This document shows, one piece after another, positions 26,366-37,501 of a stretch of 64,000 nt of DNA. Source of the DNA: Candidatus Latescibacterota bacterium (GTDB lineage Bacteria > Latescibacterota > UBA2968 > GCA-2709665). Under the pieces are notes generated by a model that saw only the letters and a list, made by a program, of their open reading frames with translations, had not been told where the DNA came from and searched no databases. The DNA is taken from assembly GCA_965248435.1 (NCBI GenBank), contig OZ252100.1, positions 1,216,001-1,280,000 on the forward strand. The letters are read 5' to 3'. A program made the position numbers and the translations under genes. Numbering within the stretch: the first letter of the stretch is position 1; the number at the start of each line of letters is the position of its first letter.

Positions 26366-28771
26366 CTAGAGATCGGGTCTGAGAGTCAATGTGTGCGTAG
26401 TAGGCCCGGGAAGAAATGGCAGGGGATCTCCATGAACCCAACTGCTATGTTGGTCATTGTAGTTAGTAGAAAAAGGATGACCCGATTGTCCACAGGGCAT
26501 ATGTAGAATCCCATCTTCATGTTGCCCCGGGGAAACAACCAGGCGCTGAGATGCGCCAATAGATCCTCCGGAGTAGCGAATACTAAAAGGTCCTCCAGGA
26601 AGCGGATCCCGGGGCATGTTTAGAAGCTTTCCTAATACTGGAATGCCTCTTCCGAGAGGATGCGAGATCATAGCTCTATTCATAAGCCCCCAAGTTAGTT
26701 CGCCTAACGACCTAGCTTTGTAGTTCTTCCGTAGATCTTGGACAGCTTTCTCTAGTTTTCCGAGGACGAACGCGTCCCAATCGGGAAAGTGCTCTGGGTC
26801 CGGAAGAATCTCAGGAATCCTGTTAGTAAGCATCATGCGTAGAGGAGTCTCCTTGTTAGACCAAGCGTATGAAAATCTTCTATCTTTTTCTCTACATAGC
26901 AACAAAAATGGACCAAATACGTCATCTGCTAGAACCTCTCGAAACCGAACCAAAAGACCAAAGCCCACACTTTTCAAACCCGCTTTGCCATTCCATCCTT
27001 CAACATGCTTGCGTACTTTCCGCAACAGAGGCTTATCAGCAATCACCTCTTCAGTAAGAACATCTAGGGCCAACTGTCTGTAAAAATCGTAGAAGTCACT
27101 CGTAGTATCCAGCTGCAGTTGAAACATATCCTGTTCGGTGATCTGATCGGCTTCTTTGATCTTCTTACTTATTTGATGCGCTCGGTAGCTATAGTCGAAA
27201 TTATGGCCAATTACGTGCGGATAGTCCTTGCCTAAGGTACGATTATTTGCAGTAGTCAGAAAACCTGAAGGTGGATCAATTACCCTGGGCAATTCATCGG
27301 GTGGAATATAACCCTGCCATCCTATATCACCCTCGGACCAGGACTTGCTAAAAGCACCATCGAATCCATTCCTGATAGGAATTTTGCCACAATAGGTCCA
27401 AGCAATACGTCCAGTTTCATCCGCCAGGATGGCATTTAGAGGCGGTCCTTTGAATCGATTCATGACATACATAGCATCTTCAAGGGTCTTCGCCCGATTC
27501 ATGTGGTGCAAACCAATGTCAACTGCAGTGGGATCAAGGGCTGTCCAATGCAGGGCAACCGGTTGGCCCATGAGTGGAATTTCACTAACAGGTCCCCAGA
27601 TCGTGAGTCTTATGTCTTGAATCACATCTGCATCATCTTTGACTTTAATGATTTCTTGCGAAATTCCAAACCGTTTCCAGCCATGGCGAGTTTTGTATTC
27701 CTCTGGATTCTTAGGATTGATCTCCAGCCGGACAAAATCAAGAAAATCACCACCTATATTGGTAAATCCCCAAGCCACATGCCCGTTCGATCCGGCAACC
27801 ACAAGGGGAATGCCGGGTATAAGTACACCCGAGATTGCAATACCTTCGTATTGAATCGTAGCTCTGTACCATATATTCGGCACAGAGAGAGTCAAGTGCA
27901 TATCATTGGCCAGGATCGCCCTCCCATCTAGCGTTTTCGATTTATCAACCGCCCAGTTGTTGGAGCCTACAATGAATTCCTCTGTATGACCGAGTGTTGT
28001 TGTCCCCTCACCTTTCTGGTGTGACATTCGGCGAATCAAAGCCATCGACTCAACAGGAATAGGCCTAATCGGGCGATGTGACTCATTCCCCCCCAAGAGA
28101 ACAATTGTGTGCTCATCTGTATCAGGCGTCAGAAAGGCAACGACCTCTGGCGGCAGGACCTCCTCCATTATCGTCATCATCCTCTCATCTTGAGCCCCCC
28201 CGTTTAGTCTTTGAAACATATTCAGCTCCAATAGGATGCTGTCTTCTATTGTCCAAGGCTCTGGACGATACCGCAACAGGAGGAATTCAACAGGTGGAGT
28301 ATCCATTTGTTCCATGAAGGAATTCACTCCCTCAGTATAAGCTTGCAGCACTTCCTCCTGGTCCTTCGGGAGATGGGCAATAATGGCTTTTGCCACGCCT
28401 CTAAATCCCAATACTCTTTGCCTCTTATCGCTCCTTACTGCGGCTTTACCGATGACTTCAGAAAGACGACCGCCACTCAGGCGACGAGCTAAATCCATCT
28501 GGGAAAGACGATCTCGTGCGGTAACGTAGCCTAAAGCCCGAACAGCATCCAGATATGACTGGGCCTTAATAGTTGGAATTCCGTACCGATCTGACACCAC
28601 AGTGACAGGCAAGGACAGCATAGATAACCGCTGTTCGCCATCCAAGACAGGAAGAGAAGTATAGAGCATGACTCCTACAAAGATTCCTGCTCCCATCACA
28701 ATCAGAAGAAGAGCTAGGAACGAATAGGCAATGCCTTTAAAGATTCCTGTTCTCTTTTTAGGACCCATCAA
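26366..28771 (-). CDS. Penicillin acylase-family Ntn hydrolase (PvdQ-like)
   Basis: N-terminal membrane anchor; DRYGIPTI, GSNNWAV (nucleophile Ser), ANDMHL, TANNR, GQSGHP. Confidence 0.93.
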   Translation of the reverse strand: MMGPKKRTGIFKGIAYSFLALLLIVMGAGIFVGVMLYTSLPVLDGEQRLSMLSLPVTVVSDRYGIPTIKAQSYLDAVRALGYVTARDRLSQMDLARRLSGGRLSEVIGKAAVRSDKRQRVLGFRGVAKAIIAHLPKDQEEVLQAYTEGVNSFMEQMDTPPVEFLLLRYRPEPWTIEDSILLELNMFQRLNGGAQDERMMTIMEEVLPPEVVAFLTPDTDEHTIVLLGGNESHRPIRPIPVESMALIRRMSHQKGEGTTTLGHTEEFIVGSNNWAVDKSKTLDGRAILANDMHLTLSVPNIWYRATIQYEGIAISGVLIPGIPLVVAGSNGHVAWGFTNIGGDFLDFVRLEINPKNPEEYKTRHGWKRFGISQEIIKVKDDADVIQDIRLTIWGPVSEIPLMGQPVALHWTALDPTAVDIGLHHMNRAKTLEDAMYVMNRFKGPPLNAILADETGRIAWTYCGKIPIRNGFDGAFSKSWSEGDIGWQGYIPPDELPRVIDPPSGFLTTANNRTLGKDYPHVIGHNFDYSYRAHQISKKIKEADQITEQDMFQLQLDTTSDFYDFYRQLALDVLTEEVIADKPLLRKVRKHVEGWNGKAGLKSVGFGLLVRFREVLADDVFGPFLLLCREKDRRFSYAWSNKETPLRMMLTNRIPEILPDPEHFPDWDAFVLGKLEKAVQDLRKNYKARSLGELTWGLMNRAMISHPLGRGIPVLGKLLNMPRDPLPGGPFSIRYSGGSIGASQRLVVSPGQHEDGILHMPCGQSGHPFSTNYNDQHSSWVHGDPLPFLPGPTTHTLTLRPDL

Positions 28772-29213
28772 TTACCCCCCAAGACAAACCATAGCGGCAC
28801 CGATTGAGAGACGCTACTCGTCTTGCCAAATTACAAGCGAAAAGGGTGTTGCTCAGGAGACCCAAGCATCTAGGGCGCTGAGCTGAGATGCACGAACACG
28901 TCGTCCACCGGATTGGTGGTAGACCGGTAGGGAAATTGTACCCGGATAGACGGAAATAAGGCTGGACTCTAAGTAAGATTTATAAAAGAGGAACGATCCG
29001 ACCAAGACCTTGGTTTGCAGCAAGCCTCCAATGGAGTTGCCTTCAATCCATATTCTCAAGCAGTGTATGCAAGTATTTCAGATTGATGATTTCCCTAAAG
29101 ATCTATCAGCGTTCCGAGGCGACAAATGAGAAACACTCTATCTACAATGATCCACACTGCAGCTATGGAAGCAGGCAAAGTGATCGCCACTTGATAATCC
29201 AAGTTTCCAGAAC

Positions 29214-31949
29214 TTATAGGAAGTATGCAATGAAAGCGTCAAGTGATTCAACATAGCACTGAAGTCCGTACTCCCTAGTAGAGCTTCGGAATTGCCCCTT
29301 AAAGCCCAAGCCAAGAATCATTTCGAGCTTGCCTTCATCTAGCCAGACCTTGTTTGCAAAAGCGAATGGTTTTCCCATTACTGTTCCAACAGGCCACGAA
29401 ACCGGCTCCTCAATCAACCGAATCGATATATCGTCCGAAGAGTCATTGCTTGTGCACAAACCTTGATCACTATGCGGCACTAATATAGAGTTGTAGCGGG
29501 CCTGGCAATGCGAGAATCCTGTGAGTTTCTCAGCAACTTCTCTATCCTCGCTCATATAGCGCAACAAAGTGTAGCCAATACCCATATTAGGAACACGCCG
29601 GATCCTATCTGCGACCCTCTCTAGCGTCTCCCTCTGATTGATCATTTCTCCTAGATCCAATAGCAGAGGAACCTCAAATACGAAGAGACCTACAGTTCGG
29701 GACAAGTCAACTTCATCGAAAATAGGATCTCTCCCGTGATGAATTTTCTCAATCAGTACAGTATTGTGCTCGCTCCATCTAGCGACAGTCTGGGCAAGAA
29801 TCGTCAGCAGCACCTCATTGATGTTGCTGTGCAATGCCCTGACGACCCTAAATAGATTTCGGGTTCTCTCTGGAGAAAGCGTCAGCCGTGCGAGAATAGC
29901 TGTCCCATAATCAATTTGATCGTTGTCAGTACACTCCACTGGAAGTGGTCTGATTTCACTCAAAGACAAATTCATCCAATAGTCGACCTCTTGTTGAAAC
30001 TCATCTGACCGAACATACGTCCTCAGGCGTTCAGCCCAATACTTGAACGATGTCGTCTTGGACGGCAACTGGATAGGTTCTCCCTGGATGAGCTGCGAAC
30101 AAACCATCTCGAAATCCTCCCTCAGGATTTCATAAGACAGACCTTCTGACACTATATGGTTGATGGCCATTAGCAACCTTTTATCTTTCCCCCGCTCAAC
30201 AATAGTAGCATTAAACAAAGGTCCCTTCGACAAATTTATGTGGCTCTTAATATCTTCTTGTAGCACATCAGTCACCATCTCCTCGGCCTTCTGATTCACA
30301 GATATCTCAGATAGATCCACCCATTGACAAGGTAATCTCCGACCGATGTCGCCAATCGACTGCTGCCAGCCAGACTCATTGCGGACAAAGCTTGTTCGTA
30401 GTGCATCATGGTGCGCAAACAACTGCTGAGTGATCTTCTCCAAATGAATCGGTCTGAAGCCCCGGGGCATATCAAATGTGTGTTGAATAGTACCATAGTA
30501 TCCATAGTCGTACTCAAGTCCAAATAGTTCCAAAGTCTGGTATTGTCGAGGTAACATAGGTACAGGCCCAGCAACTATTCCTTGCTCAGCATCTATTGTT
30601 GAACCCTCTTCTCGCTGCTTAGCTAGTTCGGCGATAGTCTGATGTACGAAGAACTGTTTAGCACTGAACCGAAGATCACACCGACGAGCTTTGGCAACGC
30701 ACCGCATAATGAGCAGAGAATCGCCACCTAGCTCGAAGAAATTGTCGTGAATACCAATCTGTTCAATCCCGAGCACGTCTTGCCAAATGCTTACGAGGGT
30801 TTTCTGTACCTCACTATCGGGACCGACATACACACTGTTCATCTCCGCCGGGCGGGCGTACCTTGCTCTCGACGAAGACTCACTTTCTAAGCTTTCTAAA
30901 GTGCTTGATCCAAGCTTATTCAACTCGAACGATACAGCAGATCCATTTTTGCACAATTGAAGCAATGCATTGGCAGTCTCCTCTTCTCTATCGGCTAATC
31001 TTTCAATTCTCTCAGAAACTCTACCTCTTAGATCCTCATTACTGGGCATCAAGGAGGCTTTCATCAACAAGCTTCGAATTAAACTCCATTCTCTGCCCAG
31101 TGCTTCAAGACCTTGGGATATTTCTTGAAATTCTAAAATTTGATGCTCTTCAACTAAATACTGAAGCAATCTGGCGAATTGATAACGCCCTTGACTAACA
31201 CGCATCAAATTGCTAAACAGAGGGACAAAAAAGTATCTTGAGTGTCCACTCGTTTCAATTTCAAGATCTAGGGACTTCGATACGCTATGACCAAAACATT
31301 TCATCAATGAAAAGACACTGTCAGAATCAAGCGCCTTAAGGCGCAGAAGGGCATCCTCGACAATCTTTCGTCCATCCACCTCGTTTGATCTGTCACTTCC
31401 TACCAGCCTCAACGTTGTATAGAGGTCCCACCTTTCACTTATGAGTTCTTCAACAGATGACCTTTCTGCTTTGTCATTGAAGTCACTATGGTTATCATCA
31501 ACATCTCGATTGTAGCTGAGATAATGGACCGCCTTTTCACTTTTAATGAATCCCTCTATTAGAATGTCTTTACTGCTTGGTTCCGTGATGTCACGATGTT
31601 TAGTGATCTGAAGAGGTTTGTTAAGTTGGGCGAGCCTGATTGGATATCCAGCCAGTAGTTCACTGTGAATAATAGTTGAAAGTTCTGTGTTATCTGAGAT
31701 GTGTTTCTGGATTAGCCTTACTCCATGATATTTCTCCAAAAGCCCCCACCGGTCTCCTATTCCTGCTTTGATCTGCTCTCCAGTTATGTGTTCGCTTCTC
31801 GGATTCTCCAGGCCAAATCCCCAAGATTCCCCATACATCAGTTCATGTCTCCGTCCCAGCCACGAAAGTACTGAGACAACCATGTCTTCAGAACAGTTTC
31901 TTGATTCCCTTTCGTAAAGGAGCTTGAGATCCAGTAGTATCTCATCCAT
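29214..31949 (-). CDS. BtrH-like N-terminal domain + PCP + epimerisation-like condensation domain
   Basis: N-terminal RNCSED...ESWGF (BtrH/C39-like); PCP GIHDNFFELGGDSL; E-type motifs KTTSFKYW, HGRD...DLSRTVGLF, RVPNMGIGY; active site degenerate (NHIVSEG). Confidence 0.8.
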   Translation of the reverse strand: MDEILLDLKLLYERESRNCSEDMVVSVLSWLGRRHELMYGESWGFGLENPRSEHITGEQIKAGIGDRWGLLEKYHGVRLIQKHISDNTELSTIIHSELLAGYPIRLAQLNKPLQITKHRDITEPSSKDILIEGFIKSEKAVHYLSYNRDVDDNHSDFNDKAERSSVEELISERWDLYTTLRLVGSDRSNEVDGRKIVEDALLRLKALDSDSVFSLMKCFGHSVSKSLDLEIETSGHSRYFFVPLFSNLMRVSQGRYQFARLLQYLVEEHQILEFQEISQGLEALGREWSLIRSLLMKASLMPSNEDLRGRVSERIERLADREEETANALLQLCKNGSAVSFELNKLGSSTLESLESESSSRARYARPAEMNSVYVGPDSEVQKTLVSIWQDVLGIEQIGIHDNFFELGGDSLLIMRCVAKARRCDLRFSAKQFFVHQTIAELAKQREEGSTIDAEQGIVAGPVPMLPRQYQTLELFGLEYDYGYYGTIQHTFDMPRGFRPIHLEKITQQLFAHHDALRTSFVRNESGWQQSIGDIGRRLPCQWVDLSEISVNQKAEEMVTDVLQEDIKSHINLSKGPLFNATIVERGKDKRLLMAINHIVSEGLSYEILREDFEMVCSQLIQGEPIQLPSKTTSFKYWAERLRTYVRSDEFQQEVDYWMNLSLSEIRPLPVECTDNDQIDYGTAILARLTLSPERTRNLFRVVRALHSNINEVLLTILAQTVARWSEHNTVLIEKIHHGRDPIFDEVDLSRTVGLFVFEVPLLLDLGEMINQRETLERVADRIRRVPNMGIGYTLLRYMSEDREVAEKLTGFSHCQARYNSILVPHSDQGLCTSNDSSDDISIRLIEEPVSWPVGTVMGKPFAFANKVWLDEGKLEMILGLGFKGQFRSSTREYGLQCYVESLDAFIAYFL

Positions 31950-32329
31950 CGAAATTTCCTCTAGGCCTGATTCGGTCGCTCGTCAAAGGCAGCAACAACA
32001 CCCTCCTCTACTGCCCCGCCGAATCTTGATTCACCATATCACCTCATCCCCACTCGACTATCCACAGCTATAGGGCTAGCGCATGTCCACCCTTTCAGTT
32101 GAAGAGAGGGTCAAAGAACCCGGTGTTAGGCCGCCGTTCACTAATTCCAAGAAACAAAATCCCCCAGGCCTGGCCATCAACAAGAACAATGTTCTGGTGA
32201 TCAGGACAACCAACTCATCGAGTGACTGGACTTTGCCTCGGTAAGATCAGCGCATATACGGTCGCGCCCAAAGAAGAGTAGACCTAACAGATAAGAGCCT
32301 AGGCTGCTACTCAAGATACGAAGTCCAAT

Positions 32330-32686
32330 CTATTGGACTTGATCGATCGCCTCGATCAAGCTTCTGATCTGAGCGACCACGTCACGAGCGTCTTCATTGC
32401 ACATGTGGTCTTCGTGCAAGCTCTCCGTCACAAATAACAGAACATCCGTTGACCGCATGGGAAGATGTACGCGAGACCCTATTTGGGCGCCCTCTTGAAC
32501 ACAAATTTCCGTTTTGCATATTTCATTCGAAATAGTGAACCAGTATTTTCTCCTCACAATCTCCCAACAAGGGGGGAGATCAAGTGTGGACAACGCCTCG
32601 TCTATTTGCATACAAGCCGCCTTCACCTCAATTTGGGAGTGAAACGTAGTGAATTTTTTTCCAATCACAGAATCGCTTTTCACCAA
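32330..32686 (-). CDS. Hypothetical protein or fragment
   Basis: 118-aa ORF; no family recognised. Confidence 0.35.
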   Translation of the reverse strand: MVKSDSVIGKKFTTFHSQIEVKAACMQIDEALSTLDLPPCWEIVRRKYWFTISNEICKTEICVQEGAQIGSRVHLPMRSTDVLLFVTESLHEDHMCNEDARDVVAQIRSLIEAIDQVQ

Positions 32687-32867
32687 AATGCCCCAAAGGA
32701 GACCAGTTCGTCTCTACAAGTGAACATTTCCCACGGAATAGAAAGAAATCTTCATGCCCCAAGAATTCTCTGTAACACCGGGCCTTAATTTCGACGATGC
32801 GCGAATTGAGATGATTGAATCTAGTGAATGCGCTCGAAAGCTAAATTCCTGAATCCACGATACGGAC

Positions 32868-33595
32868 CTATGTTTTGTCAATCACCCACCAGTGTCTCGT
32901 CCCGGAAATAGCTTCACATAATCTTTGGATCTTTTCAAGGATCGAATCTGCTGTAGCAGTCCACACGAATGGTTTGGCCTTTGTGTTGTAGTTCTCGGTG
33001 AAGGTGCGGATTTTGTCCACAAGTTCCTTTACGGATTTAAAGGATCCTCGCCGGATTGCCTTCTGAGTGATAGTATTGAACCAGATCTCGACCTGGTTGA
33101 GCCACGAAGCGTATGTTGGGGTGTAGTGAATGTGATACCTGGACCTGGCGGATAACCAGCGTTTGACCTTGGCGTGTTTATGGGTGCAGTAGTTGTCGAC
33201 GACAAGGTGGACGTTGAGGTTTTCAGGGATGTTCTCTTCGATGTGCCTGAGAAACTGCAGGAACTCTTGATGACGGTGTTTGCGTTTGCATTGAGTCAGG
33301 ACTTCACCCGTAGCGACGTCAAGTGCGGCGAACAAGGTTGTTGTTCTGTGCCGAATGTAGTCGTGCGTGACACCCTCGACATATCCAAGGCCGATCGGCA
33401 AGAGGGGTTGGGAGCGCTCGAGCGCCTGCGTCTGGCTCTTTTCGTCCACACATAGCACCATTGCGTGATCAGGGGGGTTGAGATATAATCCGACGATGTC
33501 GTGAACTTTCTCAACGAAGAAGGGATCGGTCGAGAGTTTGAAGTGTTTCTGCTTGTGGGGCTGAATAGCCAACATCGACCAGAGGCGCTGGATAG
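32868..33595 (-). mobile_element. IS630-family transposase, 5'-truncated remnant
   Basis: [66 protein letters not shown] at the IS end; N-terminal HTH missing. Confidence 0.92.
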
Positions 33596-33858
33596 GTGCA
33601 GCTTCATGCTCAGAATGCGATTTATGCGATGACGCAACGCAGTGATCCGACAGAAAAACCTCTACGATCAACTCCGGCGTGCCTATTACGGGCACTCGGG
33701 GCACTTCATCGGACCCTCAAACCTCACCAGCCTGCTCTTGACTCGTTCTCTTTTCAAGTTTCCCTTCCTTTGGAGTCATAGAACAACAGAGTTGTGTCCA
33801 TCACGCACAGAGAGATTACTACATCCAGCTTGAACAACAGTCGGTCGGCAATGGAAGC

Positions 33859-34656
33859 TTAAGCAATCAATACATTAGGAAAGTCCTCATTTAGCTCGTT
33901 CTTACTGTCTCCTGGCCTGTTCGAGCAGTCAAGCCCATGTAGAACCCAAACACTCGGTTCGTTATAGATTCCGATATCTCGTTGTAGATCAATGGACACT
34001 GGGGACAAGGCTCCTTGAGGCAAATAGTCTCCAGACTCTGGAAATTCCATCCCAGTCCATTCCATCCATTCCTCAACTGATCCAGTAACGACGTATGAAC
34101 CAGAGGCTTCCTGAAGTACCCTACCTCCTTCTTGCCAATGGAATCGAAGCGAGGAATCAAATGGTGATCCATCACAGCGGACCCAAGCGATGTATCTATC
34201 AATACGCGTAAGTGGATATAGATTCTTAAGCGTGGGACGAACTGGAATGATCAAGTTGGTCATATCGTGATCGCTCGCTAGCCTTTTCAATGCAAGAAGC
34301 GCCTCCTTATCATATTCCTTTCTCTTTCTATCCTTTTCTATCGTGAAGCCCAGCCCGCATAGGGTATTAAAATTTTCTTCCTTGCTACTAAGCAAGCATT
34401 TTCGCAGAATGTCAGCCCAACTTCCCGCTAAGTCTTCCATTTTTCCGGTCCACGTAAATGGCACAGCGTGGCAATAGCCCTCCAATTCACAGTCTTTGTC
34501 AAGGCGGTACAGCTGGTATTTAGACAGTTTCTTAAGCAACTGTTCTGTAGTCTCCATAGGTACGAGTGAAAGGAATTCAGATCTAGACGGGTTGTTTGAA
34601 TTCCAAGTGAGACCCGCCCAATAAGGGGTATGTGAGTCTGCGTCTAAAGCAACCAT
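33859..34656 (-). CDS. GNAT-like acyltransferase-family protein
   Basis: IPVRPTLKNLYPLT..YIAW...DGSPFD..LRFH..GG and WTGMEFPESGDY..GALSPV.ID...GIYNEPSVW motifs. Confidence 0.65.
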   Translation of the reverse strand: MVALDADSHTPYWAGLTWNSNNPSRSEFLSLVPMETTEQLLKKLSKYQLYRLDKDCELEGYCHAVPFTWTGKMEDLAGSWADILRKCLLSSKEENFNTLCGLGFTIEKDRKRKEYDKEALLALKRLASDHDMTNLIIPVRPTLKNLYPLTRIDRYIAWVRCDGSPFDSSLRFHWQEGGRVLQEASGSYVVTGSVEEWMEWTGMEFPESGDYLPQGALSPVSIDLQRDIGIYNEPSVWVLHGLDCSNRPGDSKNELNEDFPNVLIA

Positions 34657-34907
34657 AGTCTATCTACCCTAGCAAAGGATGTACATTTGCATACCACTGT
34701 CGTAGTTTAGCCTAGGCAATGGAAGCGCTTTTTAATACTCAGCTCACTTTCTAAACAATCTAAGTGCAGATACATTAGTCTTCAAGCAAAGAGAGGCCTC
34801 CCTAATTCTTACGGTATGTAAGTAGCACGACCTTTTTTGCTTATGTAGGAACTAGATCGTCCATAATATAATACCCGCCCTCAGCGGCATAGTTGGGGTA
34901 TCCATCC

Positions 34908-35546
34908 TCACTTTAAAAGAGGAACCAACTCATCCTGCTTGTAACGCACCGCCCAATGCACAGGCCTTTGACCTGTATGATCTTCAATGTTTTTGTCGGC
35001 TCCATTTTTCAGCAGTAGCTCAACAAAATCCCTATGACCATATGCTGCAGCCAGATGAAGAGGCGATTCGCCGCATACTGGAGGCGAAGTATCGAACATA
35101 TCTGTTGTCCCTTTTGATGTTCTGCAATTCACCTCCGCACCGTACTCAATCAAAATCATACCTATTTGTGTCAACCCCTTATACCCTGCAGCCATCAGCG
35201 CCGTCTCGCCACTAGCAGAAGTTGCACTAGGGTCAAGACCTCGTTCAAGTAGAAAGAGAGTTATTTCTTCCTGGGCTTCCCAAACAGCAATGTGCAAAGC
35301 CGTCCCATCTTGTCCAACAGTATTGAGATCGGCTCCCTGCTGCAGAAGGAATTTTACGATTTCAAGATGACCTCCCGCTGCCATCGACAGCGGAGTAGCA
35401 CCTTCTGAGTTTCTCGCAGCTATGAGTTCTGGATTCTTTTGCAATAGGGCTCGCACAGCATCAATGTCACCCTTCAAGCAGTGCTCGAGAATGGCCTTCT
35501 GATCAGTCTCCATGTCTGAATCCTCCTTGTATCGTTTAACATACAC
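34908..35546 (-). CDS. Ankyrin-repeat protein
   Basis: Repeats GATPLSMAAG, GTALHIAV, GETALMAA, GESPLHLAA, GQRPVHWA. Confidence 0.92.
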   Translation of the reverse strand: MYVKRYKEDSDMETDQKAILEHCLKGDIDAVRALLQKNPELIAARNSEGATPLSMAAGGHLEIVKFLLQQGADLNTVGQDGTALHIAVWEAQEEITLFLLERGLDPSATSASGETALMAAGYKGLTQIGMILIEYGAEVNCRTSKGTTDMFDTSPPVCGESPLHLAAAYGHRDFVELLLKNGADKNIEDHTGQRPVHWAVRYKQDELVPLLK

Positions 35547-35701
35547 GACTTGTGCTCTAGGATGACGCCATTGTGCAGGCGTGTGGCAAATCTCTTATTG
35601 GTCTGACCCAACGGCACTTCGCTATTTCGGATATCCCGAACTGGCAGACCACATATGAACCCGAGTTCTCTGCCTAACAGAGGACTAGAGCTCAGTATAT
35701 T

Positions 35702-37381
35702 TCATCCTGCCACGCGTATCCCTCGAGCATCTCCAGACTCGGGAACACGACTATCTATGTCTACTTTTCCTGATTCCAGCTTGATTAGGCGATCCCCCAA
35801 GTGGTAATTCCGGTCGTCATGGCTAATAACCAATACAGTTTTTCCTCTGCCTCTAAGTTCCAATAAGACTTGCCTATAGAATATTTCTTGAAAAACGGGA
35901 TCCTGATCTGCTGCCCACTCGTCAAAAATGTAGAAGGGACGATCCTCTAAGTAGGCAGTGAGAAGGGCGAGACGTTTGCGCTGTCCCTGTGATAGAGCAG
36001 TAGTCGAAAGAGTCCCATCCTCAACCGAGACCTTGTGGTCGAGCCGAAGTCTCCTCAGAAAGTCACGTGCTTCTGCATCGAGTTCCAGTTTGTTTAACCC
36101 CAGTAGACTGTCAAAAAGGCAAAAATCAGCGAACACCACAGAGAAGAATTGACGGTAGGATTCCCGATTCTCGTCATTTATCTCCTGGCCTCCCAAACGT
36201 ATCCTTCCATTCTCAGGGATATAAAGGCCCACAAGAAGCTTTGCCAGAGTCGTTTTTCCACTCCCGTTCTCCCCAGACACGAAGACTAGCTCTCCTGGAC
36301 AAAAGGTCAGATTCAAAGGACCGAGCATGAATCCGCTCTCTCCACGCTCTCCGCCATAGTTGTGCGTGACGTCCTCCAATTCTAAACATTTCCAATTGGC
36401 ACCGACCGAGGATATCTGGTCGTCTTCCCGGGGAAGAATAACTTCTGAGCATTCGAATGTCGTCTCTACTTTATTCAGAGCAATATCAACCTGGTCCAGC
36501 TCGTTAAACAATACGACGATCCTTCCAACATGCGGCATCATGTAAAGGCTAACGAGCGCGTAGCCGGTTACGATGTGAGAGTCCGTCAATTCCAGCGATA
36601 ACATAACCAGAATAAATGTGCTAAGAAAGCCAAAGAACAGGAGTAACGTCCAATTTTCAGTGATAGAATCATAGATGTTCTTAATAACATTATACCGCTT
36701 TAAGGAACTAGCAGTAGGCTGAAGAACCTGAGACAGAAATGCTCTTCTACGGCGCGCATGGAGCTTGAGTTCCTTGATCCCTTCTGTTACTTTCCGAAAT
36801 TGACGAAACAGATTATCCTGCCCCTCGCGAGCGAGCCTTTTAAAACGAAAAGCCCTCTGCCTTATTCTCTGATTAGAAAGAATGCCTAGGCATAAGAAAC
36901 CCAATGCTATTGGCATGGCCTGCCAACAGAGATACCCCAAGTAAATCAAACTGCCAACTACAATGGTTGTATCCATAAGAAAGTTAGGGAATGTTCGAAG
37001 ACTCTTCGCAATAGTTGCGACATCCTGTGTGAGGACAACCATCTGGTTTGCAGGCCCAATGTCTTCCAAGCGGCGCAGAGGAGTCGAGAGAAGCTTCCCG
37101 CTCAGGTGCATCCATAGACCAGAAGAGGCATCATAGACAAGATGGACCAAGAGCGCATCAAAACCAACCCTGATGACAGGTACAAACATGCAGAGCAAGA
37201 CGAAACTCCAGGCGTGAGTAACGTCGGAGGAGTGGCCGCCCTTTAGTAAGATGTGGAAAATGGCCATAAGACCAGAGGTACCAATTCCACTGGCGACTGC
37301 GGCAACAACGGCTAGAAAAATTGCGCTCCAGGGTATGTCCACCTGACTGGTAATGCGCTTAGCTATGGATAGAAGATGCAT
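35702..37381 (-). CDS. Cyclic peptide export ABC transporter (SyrD/PvdE/YojI family)
   Basis: EGIKELKLH, GENGSGKTT, LSQGQRKRLALL, FDEWAADQDP, VISHDD. Confidence 0.95.
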   Translation of the reverse strand: MHLLSIAKRITSQVDIPWSAIFLAVVAAVASGIGTSGLMAIFHILLKGGHSSDVTHAWSFVLLCMFVPVIRVGFDALLVHLVYDASSGLWMHLSGKLLSTPLRRLEDIGPANQMVVLTQDVATIAKSLRTFPNFLMDTTIVVGSLIYLGYLCWQAMPIALGFLCLGILSNQRIRQRAFRFKRLAREGQDNLFRQFRKVTEGIKELKLHARRRRAFLSQVLQPTASSLKRYNVIKNIYDSITENWTLLLFFGFLSTFILVMLSLELTDSHIVTGYALVSLYMMPHVGRIVVLFNELDQVDIALNKVETTFECSEVILPREDDQISSVGANWKCLELEDVTHNYGGERGESGFMLGPLNLTFCPGELVFVSGENGSGKTTLAKLLVGLYIPENGRIRLGGQEINDENRESYRQFFSVVFADFCLFDSLLGLNKLELDAEARDFLRRLRLDHKVSVEDGTLSTTALSQGQRKRLALLTAYLEDRPFYIFDEWAADQDPVFQEIFYRQVLLELRGRGKTVLVISHDDRNYHLGDRLIKLESGKVDIDSRVPESGDARGIRVAG

Positions 37382-37501
37382 CGGAAACCATTCGATGGGC
37401 TTTGTCTTAGAGCGGAAACTAGTGATCATCACCCGATCGGATCCGCAAGACATCGGCGGTCCGAGTCTGCTCACTCCAGAATTGACATTGGATGTTCAAG
37501 A

